A stretch of 64,000 bases of DNA, from assembly GCA_028821265.1 (NCBI GenBank), contig JAPPGU010000008.1, forward strand, positions 108,716 through 172,715, read 5' to 3'. The DNA is from a bacterium. Its GTDB lineage: Bacteria > Actinomycetota > Acidimicrobiia > Spongiisociales > Spongiisociaceae. Under the pieces are notes generated by a model. That model searched no databases, was not told where the DNA came from, and saw nothing but the letters and a program-made list of their open reading frames with translations. The position numbers and the translations under genes were made by a program. Every line of letters begins with the position of its first letter. Position 1 is the stretch's first letter. Below, in pieces: positions 57,529 through 64,000 of the stretch.

Positions 57529-58890
57529 GTGGTAGTCAGAAGCAGGAGAGAGTTCCTAAAGGCTTCGTTGCAGGTCGGTGGAGGTCTGGCCGTCTTCGGA
57601 TTGGCTGCCTGTGGCGACGACGAGCCGGCCGCCACCACATCCCCACCAACGACGGCGGCGGCCACGACAGCCGCTCCCACCACTATGGGCAAGGAACCGG
57701 TCACTATCACGATCCTGACCGCCGACCAGTCGGCCGTCCAGTTCTTCACCGATATCGGACCGGATTTCGCCGCCATGCACCCGAACTACGACATCACGTT
57801 CGACATCCCGGCCGAGCAACCGGCGGAGGTACGGCAGCGGGTTCTCGACCAGCTGGCAGCCGGCGAGAAGATAGCCGACAGCACCGACCTCGACAGCGAG
57901 GACACGTGGAATTCGGCTCTGGCAGCCGGTCTCCACGAGTCGGGTCTCTACGACTTCACCGACGCCGCCCAACCGTGGGTCGACCAGATAGCCGGAGGGA
58001 TGCGCGAGGGCAAGTTCAAGGGCCGGTATTACGGCATTCCGGGACTCCTCTCGGCGGTCACCTACTACTACCGGGCCGACCTCTTCGAGCAGGCCGGTAT
58101 CAGTGCCGACTTCGCGTCCTGGGACGACTTCATCGAGGGCGGGAAGAAGCTCAAGGCCGCGACCGGCGCCAACATCATGATCATCGAGGACAGCACGTCA
58201 AGGCACTTCAACTACATGATGCCCCATGCGGGCGGGAACGTCTTCGACGAGGAAGGTGCCGTCAATCTCGATGCTGATGAGAACCTGGAGGCCCTCGAGA
58301 CCCTCGTCCGGATGGTTCGTGAGGACATTGCCTTCACGACCAGCGAGTTCTACGGCGCCGGGACCTTCGAGGCCTACCGTGATGACACCATCGGCGGCGC
58401 GTACATGCCCAACTGGTACGGCGATCTGCTGCTGCCCCCGAACCTGCCCGAGCACCAGGGCAAGTTCAAGATGGCGCCGCCCCCGAAGTTCGAGGCCGGC
58501 TACACGAGCGCGCGGGGCGGAGCCCCCATCTACCCGGTACTGGCCGGACCGCACCAGGAGTTGGTGTTCGACTTCCTCGCCTTCGGGTTCCTGTCGGTGG
58601 AGAACAACGTCAAGAGGTTCGAGGACTTCGCGACGCCGCCCATGAACCTGGCGGCCTACGACGATCCGGCGCTGGCCGAGGCCGTACATCCGTACCTGGA
58701 GCAGCCCGTGGCCCCGGTCTATACGGCGATGATCGAGAACTTCGCCACCGTCAACACCCATCCGCTCCTCATCCGGGCCCTGGACCATCTCACCACCAAC
58801 ACGGTGCCGCCCGTGCTGGCGGGAGACAAGGAACCGGCAGCCGCCCTCAAGGAGGCCGCGGACGCTATCCGGGCGATGGCCGGAGAGTGA
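57529..58890 (+). CDS. Carbohydrate-type (CUT1) ABC substrate-binding protein, Tat-exported lipoprotein
   Basis: GTG with GGAGG RBS; SRREFLK twin-arginine motif, LAAC lipobox, YYRADLF, SWDDF. Confidence 0.87.
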   Translation: MVVRSRREFLKASLQVGGGLAVFGLAACGDDEPAATTSPPTTAAATTAAPTTMGKEPVTITILTADQSAVQFFTDIGPDFAAMHPNYDITFDIPAEQPAEVRQRVLDQLAAGEKIADSTDLDSEDTWNSALAAGLHESGLYDFTDAAQPWVDQIAGGMREGKFKGRYYGIPGLLSAVTYYYRADLFEQAGISADFASWDDFIEGGKKLKAATGANIMIIEDSTSRHFNYMMPHAGGNVFDEEGAVNLDADENLEALETLVRMVREDIAFTTSEFYGAGTFEAYRDDTIGGAYMPNWYGDLLLPPNLPEHQGKFKMAPPPKFEAGYTSARGGAPIYPVLAGPHQELVFDFLAFGFLSVENNVKRFEDFATPPMNLAAYDDPALAEAVHPYLEQPVAPVYTAMIENFATVNTHPLLIRALDHLTTNTVPPVLAGDKEPAAALKEAADAIRAMAGE

Positions 58891-58996
58891 TACACACGGC
58901 ACCGTAGTCCGGATCGACAGAACCGCGGTGCGGTACGACAACTTGCTCCGGTGATGAAGTGTGGGCTGAGCCGCCGCTGGTCATAACCAACGATCG

Positions 58997-60028
58997 TTGC
59001 CCTGTGGCGGCCGGCCGTTCATCGTCGAGCGCCGCGAACGGAGCCGGCCACTGAGCGTGGAATCCCGATCCGACCCACCACGTGCACGCTCGGGGCATAT
59101 CGTGCGAGGATCGCGTGAGTCGCGATTCGCCCCCTACCTGTTCCTGTCGCCCTTCCTGATCCTCTTCAGCATCTTCACGATCTACCCGGCCGCGCTGGGG
59201 ATCTACCTGAGCCTGACCAAATGGACCGGCGCGGTCGGCCAGGAGCCCGAGTTGATCGGCCTGTCCAACTACCGGCGAATGCTCAAGGACCCCTCTTTCC
59301 TGAAAGCCCTCACCAACACGGGCTGGCTGGCGGTCGCGGCGGTAATCGTCATCGTCCCGACCGCACTGTTCCTGGCGATGATTCTGAACACCCACTGGAT
59401 CCGACTCCGCACCTTCCTAAGAACTGCGTTCTTCCTGCCGATCGGCACCCCGACCGTGGTGATCGCCATGGTGTTCATCGTCATCTACAGCGAGCACTAC
59501 GGAGCGCTGAATTGGTTGCTGGGCCTCGTCGGGCTCGGCCCCTTCGACTTCACAGGAACACCGGCCTTCGTCAAACCCGCCATCGTCGGGCTCCTGCTGT
59601 GGCAGTGGACCTCGGTCCCCATGATCTACTTCCTGGCCGGTCTGCAGGGCATCCCGCCCTCCCTGTACGATGCCGCCCTGGTCGACGGGGCGGGGCCCTG
59701 GGCCTCGTTCCGGAGAGTGACCCTCCCCCTGCTGCGGCCCGTGTCCCTCCTGGTGCTGGTCCTGCTCGTCAACGACGCCATCCGGATCTTCGACCAGATA
59801 TTCATCCTCCTGTTCTTCACCGGCGCTCCCTACCAGACCAGCGGGGGACCGGGAGAGCAGGGTCTGACCCTCGTCCTTTACATGTACCGCTCGGCGTTCC
59901 GGTTCAGGGAGTTGGGCTTCGGCGCGGCGGTGGGCGTCTCGATCTTCGTGCTCGGTCTGGGGATCGCCCTGGTGCAGTTGTGGAGGTTCGGCGCGCTGAG
60001 AAAGGAGGGCGGCGGTGCCGGCCACTGA
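58997..60028 (+). CDS. CUT1 ABC permease (MalF-like)
   Basis: FLSP, NYRRML.DP.F, YDAALVDGA, VTLPLLRP; true start may be GTG 59102. Confidence 0.9.
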   Translation: MPCGGRPFIVERRERSRPLSVESRSDPPRARSGHIVRGSRESRFAPYLFLSPFLILFSIFTIYPAALGIYLSLTKWTGAVGQEPELIGLSNYRRMLKDPSFLKALTNTGWLAVAAVIVIVPTALFLAMILNTHWIRLRTFLRTAFFLPIGTPTVVIAMVFIVIYSEHYGALNWLLGLVGLGPFDFTGTPAFVKPAIVGLLLWQWTSVPMIYFLAGLQGIPPSLYDAALVDGAGPWASFRRVTLPLLRPVSLLVLVLLVNDAIRIFDQIFILLFFTGAPYQTSGGPGEQGLTLVLYMYRSAFRFRELGFGAAVGVSIFVLGLGIALVQLWRFGALRKEGGGAGH

Positions 60029-60905
60029 TACCGAGCGCCGCCCGGCGGCTCCTCCCGCAGGATCGCGTGACCTGTCCCTGTACCGGAGAAGGGCCGTCCG
60101 CATCCTCCTTCAGGTGCTGCTCGTGGTCGCGGCGCTTCTGGCTCTCTACCCGCTGATCTTCATGGTTTCCGGCTCCTTCAAGCGGGTGTCCGAACTCACG
60201 TCCCTGCCCCCCACCCTCATCCCGAGAGCCTTCGACCCGGGAGGCTACGAGCAACTGGCGACAACCGGATTCCCCCGATGGTTCGCCAACAGCATCTTCG
60301 TGACCGTCCTCCGGGTGAGCCTCACGATCCTGGTGTCGTCGATGGCGGCCTTTGCGTTCGCGGTCTACCGCTTCCCGTTCCGGCGAACGCTGTTCATCAT
60401 CGTGGTCGGGTCGCTCCTGCTGCCCTTCGAAGTGCTCTACCTGCCCCTGCTGTCGCTGATGATCGACCTGGACTGGATGAACACCTACCAGGCCCTGATC
60501 CTCCCGTTCGTCGCCAGCGGCTTCTCCGTGTTCGTGATCCACCAGTACATGGTCAGCCTCCCGTCCGAACTCATCCAGGCGGCCCGGGTCGACGGCGCTT
60601 CGGAGTGGCGCATCTACTGGAACGTCGCCATGCCGCTGGCGCGGCCCATCCTCGGTGCGATCAGCGTGATCCTCTTCATCCAGACCTGGAACAGCTTCTT
60701 CTGGCCGCTTATAGTCCTCCAGGACACCGACCTGTTCGTCCTACCGGTCGGTCTGACCGCCCTGCTCGCCCGCGTGTTCCACGAGCAGGACATGTGGACC
60801 GCCGTTCTAGCAGGAAGCACCCTGATGACGATTCCCATGGTGATCGTCTTCCTGGTGATGCAACGCCAACTGGTCGCGGGCCTGACGGAAGGCTTCAAAG
60901 CCTGA
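60015..60905 (+). CDS. CUT1 ABC permease (MalG-like)
   Basis: NSIFV, ELIQAARVDGA, WNSFFWP. Confidence 0.9.
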   Translation: MPATDTERRPAAPPAGSRDLSLYRRRAVRILLQVLLVVAALLALYPLIFMVSGSFKRVSELTSLPPTLIPRAFDPGGYEQLATTGFPRWFANSIFVTVLRVSLTILVSSMAAFAFAVYRFPFRRTLFIIVVGSLLLPFEVLYLPLLSLMIDLDWMNTYQALILPFVASGFSVFVIHQYMVSLPSELIQAARVDGASEWRIYWNVAMPLARPILGAISVILFIQTWNSFFWPLIVLQDTDLFVLPVGLTALLARVFHEQDMWTAVLAGSTLMTIPMVIVFLVMQRQLVAGLTEGFKA

Positions 60906-60938
60906 GCCTGAGTAACGGGCGGAGCCGCTGCAGTCCTC

Positions 60939-61758
60939 CTAGACGTCGAAGTAGGAGACCGGACCCTGAACGAAGCCCATCAACCGTTGGTAGGTCTGTG
61001 TGACCTGCCGCTCTGTCATACTCGCTAACAGATCGGACGCCAGCCGCTGTGAACTGTCACCGCTGTACCTCCGGTCCTGTATGGCTTGTGGAAGCAGAGC
61101 CCGATGCCGATGCTTCCTACTGCCGATCACCTCCACGTAGATCCCAAACAGTCTTCTCAGCATCCTTCGTTGACCAACTCTGACACTCACAACTCGGGGA
61201 TGCCCGATCACGTAATATTTTGTCAACTCCTTTAGAATAGTGACTTCAGTTCGGGCTAGCTCTTCGATCTTGACCCACCTTGGATCGTCCGCGGTGGGCT
61301 CGCGGAGGGAAATGGCTCCGATGAATCGGGAAATTAGATACGAGGTTCCCGCTCGCAGTGTGTCACGCTGCTTTGTTCCGCCATCGAACGGGGCGTCCAG
61401 CGAAGAGAAGTTAGGATCGATCAGAGATACCAGCATCTCGCCTAGTTCGGCTTCGTCATTCGCTAGTTCCGGCGCCGCCCACTACACCCGAAATCGAGCG
61501 GGTGGCGGAAGAAGTGCAACGCGAGAAGTCCTCTATAAGGCGCTCTGCCATCCGACGTCCGACTTGCGCTACCTTCAGAGAGTGCGTCAGCCGGTTGTGG
61601 AAGACATCCCCTTCAGTGGCTGACACGACCTGGGTGATACCGCTGAGCCGCCGGAACTCGTCCGAGTACAGGACCCGATCGCGGTCACGTTGGAACTCCG
61701 TGCGGTACTCGTGCTCATTGGATTCGGACCCAGATGCACGCTCAGACCGAGCGCTCAT
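60939..61758 (-). pseudogene. dgt: dGTP triphosphohydrolase (Dgt-like HD protein) pseudogene
   Basis: [18 protein letters not shown]...TQV...[15 protein letters not shown], then a jump to EDF, a frameshift and an in-frame TAG, then the C-terminal ...ASDLLASMTE region. The central HD segment is absent. Confidence 0.82.
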
Positions 61759-61955
61759 CGGCGAACAAGCCGAATGCCTTCTATCGACGAGGCGAGGTGT
61801 CCACGACTCATGAGTTCGGAAACCGCTATGCACACGTGCGAGTGACTGAAGTCCGGATCATCGAGCCGACGCAGAATCCCCCTCACATTCAAGATTACTG
61901 GCTCGTGCTCAAAGAGCATCAGTACCCGTTCTCTACGCTCCTCGCGCTCGGCCAC
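61755..61955 (-). CDS. Small hypothetical protein, possibly winged-helix
   Basis: 66 aa; its stop overlaps the dgt start (ATGA); helix-helix-wing-like pattern [18 protein letters not shown]. Confidence 0.45.
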   Translation of the reverse strand: MAEREERRERVLMLFEHEPVILNVRGILRRLDDPDFSHSHVCIAVSELMSRGHLASSIEGIRLVRR

Positions 61956-62084
61956 TGCTTTCTTTAACTGGATGCCTGCGCTCGCGGGCGGCAGCGTGTT
62001 GCATGGTGGTCCCCTATCCCTTAATTCGAGTTACACCAATGTAATAACAGATGGGTGGGACATGAGCCGAAATCGCGGAAATGT

Positions 62085-63122
62085 TCAGGCGCACCGGATG
62101 TCGTCGGGATCCCACCGGAAGGAGACCGGCGGTTCGCGGGAAATGCGGTCCCTGGTGTCTAGCCACATCTCCCGCCACTCGTCAGCGCCGATCACGACCG
62201 ACTCGGGGGCGCAGCGGCTCCGGGCGACGAAGCTGGGCGCCCAGTCCCTGCCGGTGGGCGCGCCGACCGGGGAGTAACGGAGGTCGAAACTCCAGCGCAG
62301 ATCGTCGCTCAGGTTCGGTAGGGACGAGTGCACGGTCCGCCGGTGCATGAACAGGACATCGCCCGGATCCATCTCCACCGGGATCGCTCCCGGAGGCACC
62401 CGCTCCTCCGGGATGTGCAGCCCCTTGGTCCGCCGCGTGTCAAGGCAGTGCAGTATCAGGTCGTCCCGGTGGCTGCCGGGAACCACTACGACACACCCTG
62501 TCTCGATATTGGCGACGGTGAGCGGGATCCAGACCGTGAGGATGTCTGTGGCGTCCCCGGCCTCGTGAACCACGCTTTGATCCTGGTGCCAGACGGTCCG
62601 GGAGATCATCGTGTTGAAGAACAGCTCGTCGGGAACCAGGTGCTGGGGCGGCTTCATCCGCGCATGCTGCACCGGATGGACGAGAATCTCGGGACCTATG
62701 AAGTGCTCCACCGCATCCAGCAGTTTCGGGTTGGTGAGCAGGCCGAACACCGCCGGACCGAGGTGGATCGGGGTGTCGACCGTCGTGCGCGCGCCGGGAA
62801 GGCAGATGTCCGTGTAGCGGAAGATGTCCCCGCGCGTCTCGACGCCGAGGCGCACCACCCTGCGACCGAGGGGCAGGTCGGTGTAACGATCCTCGATCGC
62901 GCCATCGGCCTCCAGCCGGGCGGATACGTCGTCGATAAGAGCGTCGTACTCTTCGAAGAGAGGCAGGAGATCCACCGGGGGATCGAACAGATCCTTCCAG
63001 ACAACGTAGCCGACTTCGTCGAGGGTTCGCTTACGGGTAGTACCGGTGACGATCATCGGCGACCTCGTTTCCTGTGGACCGGTGAAACGCATCGCCGTAG
63101 TCGGCGTATCCACCTTGTCCAC
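62085..63122 (-). CDS. PhyH-family Fe(II)/2-oxoglutarate dioxygenase
   Basis: WHQD, TVWIPL, GC..VVPGSH, GDVLFMH..TVHSSLPN...RWS; start uncertain (63056, 63092 or 63122). Confidence 0.9.
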   Translation of the reverse strand: MDKVDTPTTAMRFTGPQETRSPMIVTGTTRKRTLDEVGYVVWKDLFDPPVDLLPLFEEYDALIDDVSARLEADGAIEDRYTDLPLGRRVVRLGVETRGDIFRYTDICLPGARTTVDTPIHLGPAVFGLLTNPKLLDAVEHFIGPEILVHPVQHARMKPPQHLVPDELFFNTMISRTVWHQDQSVVHEAGDATDILTVWIPLTVANIETGCVVVVPGSHRDDLILHCLDTRRTKGLHIPEERVPPGAIPVEMDPGDVLFMHRRTVHSSLPNLSDDLRWSFDLRYSPVGAPTGRDWAPSFVARSRCAPESVVIGADEWREMWLDTRDRISREPPVSFRWDPDDIRCA

Positions 63123-63252
63123 ACTTCTGGACCGTTACGATGGTACTCGTCGCCGTCCGGACGCGGCGGAACCGACGCCGGAGATCTTCGCCGGAGACGC
63201 CGGTCCATCACAGGAAGCCACCAACTTGATCCCAGCCTCCACAGCCCGACAC

Positions 63253-64000
63253 TTGGACAGTCACCTACACGGCCGGTCTAGGGCGGACGTACTTGTGGTA
63301 GGCGGCGGAACGGCGGGCTTCGTCGCGGCGACCGCCGCCGCCAGGAACGGCGCCGAAACCATCCTGGCGGAGTACCTGCCCTTCCTGGGCGGAACTCATG
63401 GCGGCGGAGCCATGGTGATGGGGACCATCGGCTTCCGGCCCACCGGGGAGAGCAGCCACCGGGTCGACGCGGCGGGTCAGCTGATGGTGGGCGGCATCCC
63501 CTTGGAGTACTACGACCGGATGCTGGCGGCGCGAGCCACGTCGGGAGACCCCGGCGATCCCAGCAATGCCTGGCCGAAGGACCTCGAGATCAGCAAGGTC
63601 GTCATCGAGGAGATGGTCTCCGAAGCCGGGGCGGATATCTGGTTCATGACCCAGTTGGTGGATGTCATCGTCGACGACGGGGCGGTGGTGGGCGCCCTGG
63701 TGACCAGGGGCGGCGGCCTGGTCCGCATCGACACTCAGATCATCGTCGACGCCAGCGGCGACGGGATCGCCGCGGTCCAAGCCGGTGCGTGCTACGAGGT
63801 GGGCCGGCCCAGCGACAACAAAGCGGAAGCTGCCACCCTCTACTTCGAGATGGCCGGGATCGACCTCGGGCGCCTCCTCGATCATCTGGCGGACCACCCT
63901 GAGGACATCAGCCACCACCACCGCGACCGCGGGGTCTCGGCCGCCACCCTGCGACGCGACTGGGAGGCCAGCGGTCCCTTCGTGGTCCGTCTGGGCGTGA
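63253..64000 (+). CDS. FAD-dependent oxidoreductase (FAD_oxidored-type), runs off window end
   Basis: Manual translation from TTG 63253: DVLVVGGGTAGFVAATAAARNGA...E..PFLGG...IIVDASGDG; open to the end of the window. Confidence 0.85.
   Translation, partial: MDSHLHGRSRADVLVVGGGTAGFVAATAAARNGAETILAEYLPFLGGTHGGGAMVMGTIGFRPTGESSHRVDAAGQLMVGGIPLEYYDRMLAARATSGDPGDPSNAWPKDLEISKVVIEEMVSEAGADIWFMTQLVDVIVDDGAVVGALVTRGGGLVRIDTQIIVDASGDGIAAVQAGACYEVGRPSDNKAEAATLYFEMAGIDLGRLLDHLADHPEDISHHHRDRGVSAATLRRDWEASGPFVVRLGV

Overview
High-GC bacterial chromosomal window. The Thr/Ala/Pro-linker lipoproteins, leaderless TA operon and ATPase-less sugar ABC operon suggest an actinobacterium, possibly Acidimicrobiia; this is inference. 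About 55 genes are almost all small-molecule catabolism or uptake, and many families are duplicated: five phosphotriesterase (PHP)-family proteins, two tandem DddP-like M24 enzymes, two amidohydrolase_2, two CocE/NonD, two fused hydantoinase/oxoprolinase A+B, two PhyH dioxygenases, and two sets of NitT/TauT-type ABC parts with an unusual shared signature. Best candidates for undescribed systems: (1) a dddP-dddP-soxA/G/B/D-like-SDR operon at 7.1-14.8 kb; (2) an ABC/hydantoinase/PTE/VOC/PhyH/threonine-synthase-like/unknown-protein operon at 31.5-42.7 kb; (3) a cucumopine-synthase-like helical domain in a PTE/Gfo operon; (4) an E1 alpha/beta + free lipoyl domain + ThDP enzyme cluster without E2/E3. 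Three decayed genes absent from or fragmented in the ORF track were found by manual translation: a relic paralog of the unknown gene, a truncated VapC toxin and a dGTPase pseudogene. No rRNA, tRNA, CRISPR array, transposase or recognisable dedicated transcription factor was seen. Family calls rest on motifs read by eye and remembered family knowledge; no database search was run, and identity values are visual estimates.
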